Made by a program: the position numbers and the translations under genes
IMG/VR virus record: IMGVR_UViG_3300042301_004094
Location: 1 to 64,000 of that record
DNA length: 64,000 nt
Direction: 5' to 3' (one strand)
DNA from: an uncultured virus (IMG/VR IMGVR_UViG_3300042301_004094)
Lineage: Duplodnaviria > Heunggongvirae > Uroviricota > Caudoviricetes
Notes under the pieces: model-generated
What the model was told of the DNA's origin: nothing
Database searches by the model: none
What the model saw: only the letters and a program-made list of their open reading frames with translations
In this document: in pieces, positions 9,871-18,647 of the stretch
Layout of the letters: each line of letters begins with the position of its first letter
Numbering within the stretch: the first letter of the stretch is position 1

Positions 9871-10056
9871 TTAGTTTAATACTCCTAAGCGAGCATAAGC
9901 AATCGCTTCACTGTATGCTTCCATTTCATCTAACGATTCAGGTTCATACATTTCATCAATTTTAGCTACGATTTCTTCTTTATCAACTCCTCTCAATGTG
10001 AGCGATCGGGTCCAGTTCTCTATCTCCAGACATTTAATCTGCAATTCTGCTATCAT
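9871..10056 (-). CDS. hypothetical protein
   Basis: ORF with leader and promoter motif. Confidence 0.6.
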   Translation of the reverse strand: MIAELQIKCLEIENWTRSLTLRGVDKEEIVAKIDEMYEPESLDEMEAYSEAIAYARLGVLN

Positions 10057-10079
10057 AACCTTTAATTTTTAAGTACGAT

Positions 10080-10112
10080 GTAAATGTAATCGAAGGGCCC
10101 TGCCCATCCAAA
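10080..10112 (-). promoter_or_regulatory. class-1 phage promoter
   Basis: Sense TTTGGATGGGCAGGG...TTACATTTAC. Confidence 0.65.
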
Positions 10113-10304
10113 CTACATTTCTCGCTCTTTTTGTTTGCGTCTCAATACGATCCACTGTTCTTGCTCAGCCAATGAAGCGCCTCGTCTATTTAAATCATCC
10201 CAACTCTCCTGGCTTAATGGCACTTGTTTCTTTTTCTTGTTTAATACTCTGTCTAACTTTTTACTTACTTTGTCTTGAGCTTCGTCTCGAGTTTGAAATG
10301 CCAT
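10113..10304 (-). CDS. small basic hypothetical protein
   Basis: ORF with promoter motif at 10320-10351. Confidence 0.6.
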   Translation of the reverse strand: MAFQTRDEAQDKVSKKLDRVLNKKKKQVPLSQESWDDLNRRGASLAEQEQWIVLRRKQKEREM

Positions 10305-10334
10305 ATTTTATTATTTGACGTAAATGTACGACTC

Positions 10335-10733
10335 TTATTTTGCCATCCACTTTCCACTGCTAATCAATTCAAATTCATCTGTATTTCTATCTATGAACTG
10401 CCATGTTGCTGATTGTAGAGTAAAGTATTCATTAATGTGGCTTAATACTTGATCAGGGGTAAATTCAGAACAACTATATAAATCAAACTGAAACATAGGT
10501 AATTCTAAAGCATCCCATACATGAATCGAAGCATGTGATGTTGCTAAAGTTACTGTACCTGTTATTCCTTCATTTCCAGGTTCATTAACATATATTGAGG
10601 TAGGACCAGCAACAACTACCATTCCTACTTTACTTACTAATTCTCGAAGCCAGTCATTTAATAATTCTTCTGATTTGGGTGGGTTAGTGATGTAACCTTT
10701 CACTAATAGGTGTAAATGGTTGGGTACAAACAT
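10335..10733 (-). CDS. speD: S-adenosylmethionine decarboxylase-like pyruvoyl proenzyme
   Basis: GITG..TLATSHASIHVW and DLYSC motifs of the prokaryotic AdoMetDC family. Confidence 0.8.
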   Translation of the reverse strand: MFVPNHLHLLVKGYITNPPKSEELLNDWLRELVSKVGMVVVAGPTSIYVNEPGNEGITGTVTLATSHASIHVWDALELPMFQFDLYSCSEFTPDQVLSHINEYFTLQSATWQFIDRNTDEFELISSGKWMAK

Positions 10734-10749
10734 TATTCTTGATTATTTT

Positions 10750-11370
10750 TTATTGATGATCAGATGGTGGGCAAATCATTTCTAATTCACTCCACTTAAA
10801 TTTAGGTTTTTCATTTAAGAATACATAGCATTTCCATTTCTTTTGTGTTTCGAAATAGATATGTTTCTGAAGATGTGAGGGGATTGCTGCGTTTGTAGGT
10901 ATTCTTTTTACAGGATTATCAAAATGAACTGTAATTAATACTGTTAAATTTTCAGCATCATCCCACTTTCTTTCTTGTTCCTCTAATAATCTCCATTCAC
11001 CTCTATTAAGGTATTGGTCTTGTAGGATACAATTTAGGTAGGAAAATGTTTGCTTTAAATTTTCTTGATTATCAGAAAATGTAGCAGCTGGTGCTCCATG
11101 TCCTTTATCGTAGATGTTTGCTTTGTAGTCATCCGCATCTGATGTTTTGATGTTTGGTTCCTTATAGAAATCCATTGAACCTCTATTTACATTCGTGGGA
11201 CGGTTTGTTGATCTATATTTAATTTTAAGAGGTTGTTCTAAACTTTGAGAATAAAGAACTTCAAATACATTATTTTTGATTATAATGTTTTGTGTAATTG
11301 GTGTTATACCTTGACTATAAGATACAACAGCTACTAATGTTAATAGTAGGGATATTAGGCATTTTTTCAT
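10750..11370 (-). CDS. secreted DNA/RNA non-specific endonuclease
   Basis: Signal peptide; YDKGH.APA, TF...N...Q...LNRG.W..LE motifs (NucA/EndA family). Confidence 0.85.
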   Translation of the reverse strand: MKKCLISLLLTLVAVVSYSQGITPITQNIIIKNNVFEVLYSQSLEQPLKIKYRSTNRPTNVNRGSMDFYKEPNIKTSDADDYKANIYDKGHGAPAATFSDNQENLKQTFSYLNCILQDQYLNRGEWRLLEEQERKWDDAENLTVLITVHFDNPVKRIPTNAAIPSHLQKHIYFETQKKWKCYVFLNEKPKFKWSELEMICPPSDHQ

Positions 11371-11511
11371 GCCTATAAATATATACGATTAGCCTATTTT
11401 ATTACCCAATCAGTTAATAATGATACTATAATGGTAATAACCATGCAGATCAAAGCAAACACAGCAAATGAATTACTATCTTCTACCTGATTGTCTCTTT
11501 TACCTTGATTT

Positions 11512-11709
11512 CTATTCACTTAAGTGTTCTTTAATCGATTCATAATACTCTTCACGTAAACGCCTAACGGCTGCCTCAGCACTAGCTACACCCGCCTTAA
11601 ACATTTGTTCCTGATCCCCGTACCCACGCTCATTAATTGCTTTAAATACTGCTTCGAATACTTCAAATCCAAATAAATTGTTACCTAGCGCTTGATACTT
11701 ATCGCTCAT
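11512..11709 (-). CDS. hypothetical protein
   Basis: ORF in string. Confidence 0.55.
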   Translation of the reverse strand: MSDKYQALGNNLFGFEVFEAVFKAINERGYGDQEQMFKAGVASAEAAVRRLREEYYESIKEHLSE

Positions 11710-11710
11710 A

Positions 11711-11995
11711 TTAGAATCGTTTTGATAAATTAATAATATATTCTTCTTCTTCTTTAGTTAGCTTCCACCCATTTCCAAACAATTTATGTAGTGCTAAATT
11801 AAAATCATCTGTACTTTCATCTAATGTTCTTCGTTCTACATGGGCTGCTGCTTTTACATGACCATCATTTGTAATAACACATGATTGAGAAATATAATCA
11901 TTATCTTGCATTGCTTTAAATAATGCTTTTCTATCATAGGTTCCCATCCCCCAGATAATATCTTCAATGTCTATATCAATACTAATTGAGTTCAT
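11711..11995 (-). CDS. hypothetical protein
   Basis: ORF in string. Confidence 0.6.
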   Translation of the reverse strand: MNSISIDIDIEDIIWGMGTYDRKALFKAMQDNDYISQSCVITNDGHVKAAAHVERRTLDESTDDFNLALHKLFGNGWKLTKEEEEYIINLSKRF

Positions 11996-12001
11996 AATTT
12001 A

Positions 12002-12193
12002 TTAGTTAAAATTGAAAAATTTTTGTTTTTGATTTAATGGTCTTTGTACTACTACTCGTTCTTTTGGTTTACGGCCTCTAGACTTAACGATACGATCTTC
12101 ATCTTGACCCCAATTTGTTTCTCGTACTTGTTTATAGAAGCGTTCACGAACATGCTTCATGTATTCCTCATCTAATCCAAATTCGTTTTCCAT
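12002..12193 (-). CDS. hypothetical protein with an RGRKPK motif
   Basis: ORF; AT-hook-like motif. Confidence 0.55.
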   Translation of the reverse strand: MENEFGLDEEYMKHVRERFYKQVRETNWGQDEDRIVKSRGRKPKERVVVQRPLNQKQKFFNFN

Positions 12194-12209
12194 AACTGTT
12201 TATTTAAAT

Positions 12210-12275
12210 AGGAAAGGTTGCCTACTAACACCTCACACCCGAATTGTAGGCAGGTCGGGTCGCTTAACCTTTCCT
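12210..12275 (-). ncRNA. candidate pseudoknotted intergenic RNA element
   Basis: 10-bp closing stem, 6-bp inner hairpin, and loop GCCTAC complementary to GTAGGC. Confidence 0.5.
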
Positions 12276-12479
12276 TTAATTTATATAATCTAAGACAAGT
12301 TCTTCGCCCCAACACATTCTTTGTAATGTTTTAAATTTAAGTTCATTATCTAGTGGTTTTGCTTCTTTATAATCACTACACCACACTGATTTCCCACCAT
12401 ATGCTAACCCACAAAAATATTCTAATTGTGAATTCATTACAATAAATTCTTTACGCTTCTCTTTTTTCTTCCCTGTCAT
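12276..12479 (-). CDS. hypothetical protein
   Basis: ORF in string. Confidence 0.55.
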   Translation of the reverse strand: MTGKKKEKRKEFIVMNSQLEYFCGLAYGGKSVWCSDYKEAKPLDNELKFKTLQRMCWGEELVLDYIN

Positions 12480-12619
12480 CTTGAATTAGTTGTGAATTTG
12501 TTTCTAATATGTTTGCTATTGAATGTACGATCTCTTCGGGTCCAAAAGTGGTTTTCCAATCAAATTCATCTGATACTTTATTTACCCACTCCATGTAAAG
12601 TTTATACAATTCGTCTCTA

Positions 12620-12913
12620 TTAATTTTCATAAATACAATTACTAAATTTTAAACCCCACATAAGTGATATCATTCCCATTTCTCTTTCAGCCCACTGTTT
12701 ATTATACCTGAATCTCTTTTTCATTTCCCTAATCCCCCATTCTTTCCAGGTATCATTTTGCTCCACAGTCATTGTCCATTGAGCATACCAATCATCTTTT
12801 CTATCTTTAATATCATCAAATGTAACAGTATGTCCTGCAATCTCAAACATTTTATTGATTACATCCACAATAAAGATATCTTTTTTTTCCTGAAGTGTTA
12901 ATCTTTTAGCCAT
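12620..12913 (-). CDS. conserved hypothetical phage protein
   Basis: W-rich ORF overlapping its neighbour. Confidence 0.65.
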   Translation of the reverse strand: MAKRLTLQEKKDIFIVDVINKMFEIAGHTVTFDDIKDRKDDWYAQWTMTVEQNDTWKEWGIREMKKRFRYNKQWAEREMGMISLMWGLKFSNCIYEN

Positions 12914-13509
12914 TTTGATTTGAGTATTTTAGTATAGTAATCTGTTGTTACTGGTTCTTCATTATATCTGCTTGAAGTCCATGTTTGTGGAGCTTCTTTT
13001 CTACATTGTTCTATTCTCTCTCTCTTTGATTTGGTTTTATCAGTAGCATACTCATAATATAACCATGGTTCCCAATAGTGGGAATGATATGGACTGTAAA
13101 ATGTTAATGCAATTTGATATCCGAAAAATACGAACGACAATACTGGATTCCACTCATGTCTAAAATCCTCAGATGACCATTTTGTTTTCCACCCTAACCC
13201 ACAGTAACTAAATCCGACTTTAAGAGGTACTGGGAAAGTATAGTTTAATTTTTCATGAAATAATTCTCCAATTGATTTTATTTTACGTGCATGTTCAGGA
13301 TTAAGTTTGTTCCATTTTTCTTGTTGTTCAATCTCCTCACTAGCTGCTTTATATGCTAGTTCTGGTGTTGCTTTTACCCATTTACGAGGTAGGAAGTATG
13401 GAGTACCCACCTGTGTTTTACCAGCGTATAATTTAACTTTGAATGGTTTGAATGGACTATTCAACGCCTTTAGCCATCTCAAATCGGTAAGAATGTATTT
13501 TAGTTTCAT
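12898..13509 (-). CDS. conserved hypothetical phage protein
   Basis: Aromatic-rich 203-aa ORF. Confidence 0.7.
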   Translation of the reverse strand: MKLKYILTDLRWLKALNSPFKPFKVKLYAGKTQVGTPYFLPRKWVKATPELAYKAASEEIEQQEKWNKLNPEHARKIKSIGELFHEKLNYTFPVPLKVGFSYCGLGWKTKWSSEDFRHEWNPVLSFVFFGYQIALTFYSPYHSHYWEPWLYYEYATDKTKSKRERIEQCRKEAPQTWTSSRYNEEPVTTDYYTKILKSKWLKD

Positions 13510-13514
13510 AACCT

Positions 13515-14255
13515 TTATTTTAATTCTCCTAAAGATACGTCTCCATCTTTGACAATCAAATATTGTCTTGGTATTGTGTCTATAAAATAATAACGACCAC
13601 CAGTGGATTTACCTTCAATATCGATTTGTCTTTGACCTGTATGGCCTACTACTTGTCTAATCTTAGTACGTAATGTATCGTAATTAGCTTTCATTAATGA
13701 TTTAGGTCGAATCCAAATTGGACCTTGGAATGTCTCATCACCATAACCTCCAGTACCATACACTTGATCTCCAATTTGTTTATATGAACGATATCCTATT
13801 TTAAGGGGTTGATACTTGAATAAATCATTTAAGTACATAGCTAGATTAGGTACATCCCACATTACAATACTATCATTTAACCATTCACTACTTACACCAG
13901 CATGAGTAACTAAGAAATCATCAAACTGATAAGCTAGTTGTAAATGGTTTCTGTTAATATCAACAATATGTTGAATTGTAGGTGCCATTCTAACTTGGTA
14001 ACCCGAACAGCCATTTTCCCCAATTTCAGGGAAATAATGATAATCATGATTACCAATCAACAGTATAACTTCTTTATCTGTTGTAGTTTTAAATTCAATA
14101 ATATCTTGAAAATTTTGGCATTGTATTAAACCAGGAACATCAAATGAATCAAAATAATCACCTACAAAGATGAATCTATCTGCGTCTTGTTCTTGATTAA
14201 TAATTTGTTTCCATGCATCACGACCATGGATGTCTCCGATTATCACTGTTTTCAT
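13515..14255 (-). CDS. calcineurin-like metallophosphoesterase
   Basis: GDIHG, GDYFD, GNHD, THAG, VGHT motifs. Confidence 0.92.
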   Translation of the reverse strand: MKTVIIGDIHGRDAWKQIINQEQDADRFIFVGDYFDSFDVPGLIQCQNFQDIIEFKTTTDKEVILLIGNHDYHYFPEIGENGCSGYQVRMAPTIQHIVDINRNHLQLAYQFDDFLVTHAGVSSEWLNDSIVMWDVPNLAMYLNDLFKYQPLKIGYRSYKQIGDQVYGTGGYGDETFQGPIWIRPKSLMKANYDTLRTKIRQVVGHTGQRQIDIEGKSTGGRYYFIDTIPRQYLIVKDGDVSLGELK

Positions 14256-14284
14256 AACTTGAATTTAATAACCTATTTTTGCCA

Positions 14285-14509
14285 CTACCAAATCTTCCAC
14301 CAAGGTTTCTTAGTTTCGGGTTGTGATTTTGCTATTTTGAAAGGACGATTGAAAAATAAATTAGCATTACGTACAATGATTAATCTTTCAGATGTATCTA
14401 ATTTACTTATGTCAATATTAATTTGAACGTACGTTTCAACACCATGTGCTGTAAATGTTGTTGTAACAACACAATATTCTTTTCCTTTAATATTAATTGT
14501 ACGTGTCAT
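14285..14509 (-). CDS. hypothetical protein
   Basis: ORF ending KKPWWKIW. Confidence 0.55.
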   Translation of the reverse strand: MTRTINIKGKEYCVVTTTFTAHGVETYVQINIDISKLDTSERLIIVRNANLFFNRPFKIAKSQPETKKPWWKIW

Positions 14510-14530
14510 AGCATATATAAATATATGCTC

Positions 14531-14965
14531 CTATTGTTTTATAGAAACCATGTCACTTGAGTTGTATATTTTATCTCCCAATCCATCAACAATTTTTATT
14601 CCTAAAGAATCACAAATCATTTTTTCAGGAATCTCATTTGCAAATCTATCTCCCCCCTTTGTAAAAATAATTTCAGACTCGGGATCTAGAGATTTAATTT
14701 TATTATAAAGTAACTGAATTGTTTTACAAACACTACTATCTTGATCAATTGATATTTTTACATGATCAACATATCTGATAGATTCAATAACGGTTTTACG
14801 GTATTGTTCGTTTTGGAACGAAGGTATCCCACGTTTTAGTTCTGCTTGTTTATCATTATTTACTATAACCCACAATTCATCAACAATTTCTTTAGATAAC
14901 ATTAAACATTCAATATGGCCTGGATGGATTGGGTTTCCATACATTGAGGTTATTCCGTGTTTCAT
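14531..14965 (-). CDS. cytidylyltransferase-family (HxGH) nucleotidyltransferase
   Basis: NPIHPGH, VNND, KGGDR, NSS motifs. Confidence 0.85.
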   Translation of the reverse strand: MKHGITSMYGNPIHPGHIECLMLSKEIVDELWVIVNNDKQAELKRGIPSFQNEQYRKTVIESIRYVDHVKISIDQDSSVCKTIQLLYNKIKSLDPESEIIFTKGGDRFANEIPEKMICDSLGIKIVDGLGDKIYNSSDMVSIKQ

Positions 14966-14982
14966 ATCTAACCAGAAATATT

Positions 14983-15243
14983 TTATTCAGTCTCGTGGTT
15001 CATAAAATTTACAAACTGAAGAGCAGCATTAGGATTTACTTGTTGTAAATGATCTAAAGTTAATTCATACCTATCAAGTTGTACATGATTTATAAAATTT
15101 TCATCACGTAAACTATCTACAGTGGATTGTAATGTTTTTACTTCAACCTTAAATTGATTAATTCTTTCGTTCTGAAAGTAAATGGTTGTTAATAGTGCTA
15201 ACAGTGAACATGCTGTTAGTATTGGGTTTATATACTGTTTCAT
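14983..15243 (-). CDS. membrane-anchored coiled-coil protein
   Basis: N-terminal TM segment followed by heptads. Confidence 0.6.
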   Translation of the reverse strand: MKQYINPILTACSLLALLTTIYFQNERINQFKVEVKTLQSTVDSLRDENFINHVQLDRYELTLDHLQQVNPNAALQFVNFMNHETE

Positions 15244-15425
15244 AATACATTATCTTTATCTTCTTCATCGAATAAATCATATCCTTTATAATCAGGATGG
15301 TTTTCTTTCATAAAATCAATTCCTACCACCCATCTCCAAGCTATCAAAGCGGATGCTAATACTATACTGATTATTGCTATTGCCATTTTATTGTTGTTTA
15401 TATAATTAATCCCACCATCTTTCAA
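15240..15425 (-). CDS. small membrane protein
   Basis: One TM then HPDYKG motif; start may be MAIAII. Confidence 0.55.
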   Translation of the reverse strand: MKDGGINYINNNKMAIAIISIVLASALIAWRWVVGIDFMKENHPDYKGYDLFDEEDKDNVL

Positions 15426-15924
15426 TATTTTCTTCTAAAATACTGAATAATAATTTTTTTGCTCTTAAATGATTTATATGACTCATGTTAATAGCGATTC
15501 CATCCTTAGTGTCTTTTGAGAATGGAGGATTATCCATTTTGTTTACCGCTACCCAAATACGAGGATATTTTACAAAATAATCATCAAAATTTTCAGATAT
15601 TTCTTTCAAATCCAATTCATAATTACCTGGATGGGTTGGACTTGGAGTAGTTATAAATTCTGTTTGATGATAATTACTATATTCATGTAAATAATATTGT
15701 GATTGTATTTTTTCAATTAAACGAGTACATAACATCATTATCTCAGCATCACGTTTAGCACTGACGTGTCTATTGTGATAACCAATGTATTTAGATTGAT
15801 TCTTTAATTTGAATTTTAATATTTCCCAAATGTAATGATCATCCCAATCTTGATCTTTCCAAATAATTGGAAACCAACGAATTAGGTTACGGATACGTTT
15901 AAAGAAGCGTTTGATCTTATACAT
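15406..15924 (-). CDS. conserved hypothetical phage protein
   Basis: WFPIIWKD.DWD...WWD pattern. Confidence 0.7.
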   Translation of the reverse strand: MYKIKRFFKRIRNLIRWFPIIWKDQDWDDHYIWEILKFKLKNQSKYIGYHNRHVSAKRDAEIMMLCTRLIEKIQSQYYLHEYSNYHQTEFITTPSPTHPGNYELDLKEISENFDDYFVKYPRIWVAVNKMDNPPFSKDTKDGIAINMSHINHLRAKKLLFSILEENIERWWD

Positions 15925-15982
15925 GACATAAATGTAAAGCAGAAATTTGGCCCAACCAAATTAATGGTGGGGCCAAAATAAC

Positions 15983-16150
15983 TTACTTAGTTACAGTTGT
16001 ATCATTAGGTGCGATACATTCTGTTGAATCTGTTACTACTGCTGTAGTGTCAGTTGATACTGCTGTTGAATCAGTTCCTTCAGTTGAAGTACCTTTACCA
16101 CCACATGCAGTCAAAGCTGCGATTGCGAAAATTGCGATTACTTTTTTCAT
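15983..16150 (-). CDS. small Thr/Asp/Ser-rich lipoprotein (55 aa)
   Basis: Hand-translated MKKVIAIFAIAALTA-CGGKGTSTEGTDSTAVSTDTTAVVTDSTECIAPNDTTVTK*; lipobox; promoter at 16183-16215. Confidence 0.75.
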   Translation of the reverse strand: MKKVIAIFAIAALTACGGKGTSTEGTDSTAVSTDTTAVVTDSTECIAPNDTTVTK

Positions 16151-16217
16151 TTGTTTGTTTTTGTTTAATAAATTTATTTGATGTAAATATACGATTGAGG
16201 TTTTGACCGAACCAATT

Positions 16218-17618
16218 TTATAGTTGAAGTCTTGAACCTATTAGAAAGAAACTTAATATTGGAGAGCCAGGTACCGTTGATACACTAGCTTTATAATCAA
16301 TGTTAAATCCAAATCTTTTGCTCAATTTAAGACTGTATCCTGTGCCCACCAAACTCATTACATTATAATTCCAAGTACTTCCTAACTTACTGTTGTATGT
16401 GTATGGAGAGGCCATTAAGAACACTCCTGGAGATAAGGTTGATTTTCTGCTTATTTGATATGGTTTAGTCCAAAATGCTGTAGCTGATGACATCATTGAG
16501 TATGAATAACTATTTTCAGCTAATTTCAGTTTAATATTAATAATAGATAAGTTATACCCATATGTTCCATATTTCGGGTGAGGCACAACATGGGTGAAAC
16601 CACCAAAAGTCATATGTGTACCTGCTACGTAAGCAACGGTATATGAATAGGCATCTATTGATTTGAGTGCTCCGTTTTTAAAATTCATCGTGCTTTTATT
16701 AGCAGATAAAGCAAATGATTTAAAATCCATCCAAATCATACTTGATACACCCCAACTAGATTCACCTGTAGTTGATGCTTGAGACATACTTAATGACATG
16801 ACAGGTGTAAACCCACCAGTGGGATTTTGAGCTACAGTTAAATCAGAACCCAACATTATTGGATTCATTTTAACTTGTTTCTTTTCTTCTTTTTTATCCT
16901 CTTTCTTTTCTTCTTTAGATTCTTCCTTTTTTTCTTCTTTCTTTTCTTCTTTAGACTCAGATTTACTTTCTTCTTTTTTCTCTTCTGATTTGGATTCAGA
17001 CTTAGATTCAGATTTACTCTCTGACTTTGATTCGCTGCTTGAACTGCTGCTTTCGCTTTTCTTTTCTCCACCAGAATTTGATGAAGAGGAAGACCCAGAA
17101 GATGAAGACGATTGGGAAGATGATGATGAGGATGAAGAGGATGATGATTGGGTAGATGTACCACTCGAGGTAGCTGCTCCTGAACTTGCTGCTGACGCTC
17201 CTGTAGATGCGGCTCCTGAAGCTGCTCCACTTGCTGCTCCTGAGGCTGCATTTGATGCTGCTGAACTTGCTGCTGATGATGCTGCTGAGCTTGCTGCTTG
17301 AGATGCTGCTTGTGATACTGTATTTTGTACTGTTTGTGTTACTACGGGTGCTGCTACGGGACATGCTAGTGAATTATAGTAAGCGTAAGTTGTTTGGAGC
17401 CATATTTGTAATTCTCCACTTGCCACTTGTGCTGGAGTAAATGATCTTACCTGTCCATAAAATGATACTATTGAGTTACCATTTACTATGGTTGTAGTAG
17501 CAATTTTAACTTGACCTGAACATTTATCAATAAAAGTTTGAGTATAAACCTGCCCACTTGCTGTTTTAGCAAATAGGAAAAGGGTGATTAATAATAAACT
17601 TATTAACCATTTTTTCAT
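16218..17618 (-). CDS. exported protein: small N-domain, long S/A then S/E/K linker, C-terminal putative beta-barrel
   Basis: Signal peptide, low-complexity tract, alternating amphipathic strands at the C-terminus. Confidence 0.65.
   Translation of the reverse strand: MKKWLISLLLITLFLFAKTASGQVYTQTFIDKCSGQVKIATTTIVNGNSIVSFYGQVRSFTPAQVASGELQIWLQTTYAYYNSLACPVAAPVVTQTVQNTVSQAASQAASSAASSAASSAASNAASGAASGAASGAASTGASAASSGAATSSGTSTQSSSSSSSSSSSQSSSSSGSSSSSNSGGEKKSESSSSSSESKSESKSESKSESKSEEKKEESKSESKEEKKEEKKEESKEEKKEDKKEEKKQVKMNPIMLGSDLTVAQNPTGGFTPVMSLSMSQASTTGESSWGVSSMIWMDFKSFALSANKSTMNFKNGALKSIDAYSYTVAYVAGTHMTFGGFTHVVPHPKYGTYGYNLSIINIKLKLAENSYSYSMMSSATAFWTKPYQISRKSTLSPGVFLMASPYTYNSKLGSTWNYNVMSLVGTGYSLKLSKRFGFNIDYKASVSTVPGSPILSFFLIGSRLQL
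16880..17310. repeat. coding low-complexity tandem repeats
   Basis: Encodes (AASS/AASG)n, poly-S, (SESK)n and (KKEE)n. Confidence 0.8.
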
Positions 17619-18337
17619 TAGTTTGGAAATATGCCTTTCTTAACCATTCTATCTAAAATTCTAGCACAAGCGATATCTAATGCTTTCTTTGTTGCTATAG
17701 AAATAGTTGATTGATTGAATTTCATTTCATCCACAGTTGCATCTGATAAGAATGTTAATTCTCTAGTTGTAGTGGCTTCACCTAAACCAGATGCTGCAAA
17801 CACAACACCAGTCTCAGCATTAGTAAATCGAACTTGTAAACCAATACGAGTTACCATCATGTTTTTAACTCCATCTTTTAGGTTGATAGTTTCATCTTCA
17901 GATACTGAGTAATCATAACATTCGATTGTAACGAAGTATTCAGCTAGATTAATTTTACCTCGACCATCTAATTTATTCTCAGAAATACCTGCTTGTGATG
18001 CTTGGAATTGCTTAACCATTCTGTTTTTAATTTCTGTTTTATCTTCAGTAAATTTAAAACGATTAAGGTTCTCTAAATATTCCATTGAAATGTTAGCTAC
18101 ACCTAAACCAACTCTTTTTTCTTTTAATTCAGGATACATCTCATACATTTCATCAGATATACCTGCCTTTAAGATTTGAATTGGGATTTGTTTACCTTCA
18201 TAATCCATAAAACGAGAAATATCAATCGCAGTTTCGAATGATGCTTTATATTGTTCAGTTTTTGTTGAACCTACGTTTTGAGCCACAGCAATGTTGCTTA
18301 GTAAAAAGCAACTTAATAATATAAATAAATTTTTCAT
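17618..18337 (-). CDS. CsgG/HfaB-like exported protein
   Basis: Signal peptide (start MKNLFI); L.NLNRF, AEYFVT, IGLQVRFTNAETG.V, ATKKAL pattern. Confidence 0.65.
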   Translation of the reverse strand: MKNLFILLSCFLLSNIAVAQNVGSTKTEQYKASFETAIDISRFMDYEGKQIPIQILKAGISDEMYEMYPELKEKRVGLGVANISMEYLENLNRFKFTEDKTEIKNRMVKQFQASQAGISENKLDGRGKINLAEYFVTIECYDYSVSEDETINLKDGVKNMMVTRIGLQVRFTNAETGVVFAASGLGEATTTRELTFLSDATVDEMKFNQSTISIATKKALDIACARILDRMVKKGIFPN

Positions 18338-18352
18338 ACATGTTTTAAATTT

Positions 18353-18377
18353 AAAAAAGGGAACCGAAGTTCCCTTT
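18353..18377 (-). terminator. intrinsic terminator-like hairpin
   Basis: AAAGGGAAC-TTCG-GTTCCCTTT with a U-run on the minus strand. Confidence 0.75.
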
Positions 18378-18389
18378 AGTTTTGTTTTT

Positions 18390-18629
18390 TTAATCTTCTT
18401 TCTTTTTATGAGAGAATTTATCGAATGTATCAGCACCCATTCCAATCGCGGTAATTACCATTACTGCGTTTACTAATTCAGCTGATGGAGCAAAATCAGC
18501 ATGTGAAAATGAGTTTAACATCATTGTAACACATAAGAACATAGCTCCTACAAATGCGATAACCGGTTTTACTGAAGTTGATCCTCTTTCATCTTTGAAT
18601 AGATCAATAACCCACTGTTTGAAATTCAT
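18390..18629 (-). CDS. small two-TM membrane protein (holin-like topology)
   Basis: Two TM segments, charged C-terminus. Confidence 0.6.
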   Translation of the reverse strand: MNFKQWVIDLFKDERGSTSVKPVIAFVGAMFLCVTMMLNSFSHADFAPSAELVNAVMVITAIGMGADTFDKFSHKKKED

Positions 18630-18647
18630 ACTTTTAATTTTTAATGG

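Noticed and set aside
16865..17440. Several overlapping ORFs in alternative frames
   Set aside because: Artefacts of the low-complexity repeat inside 16218-17618
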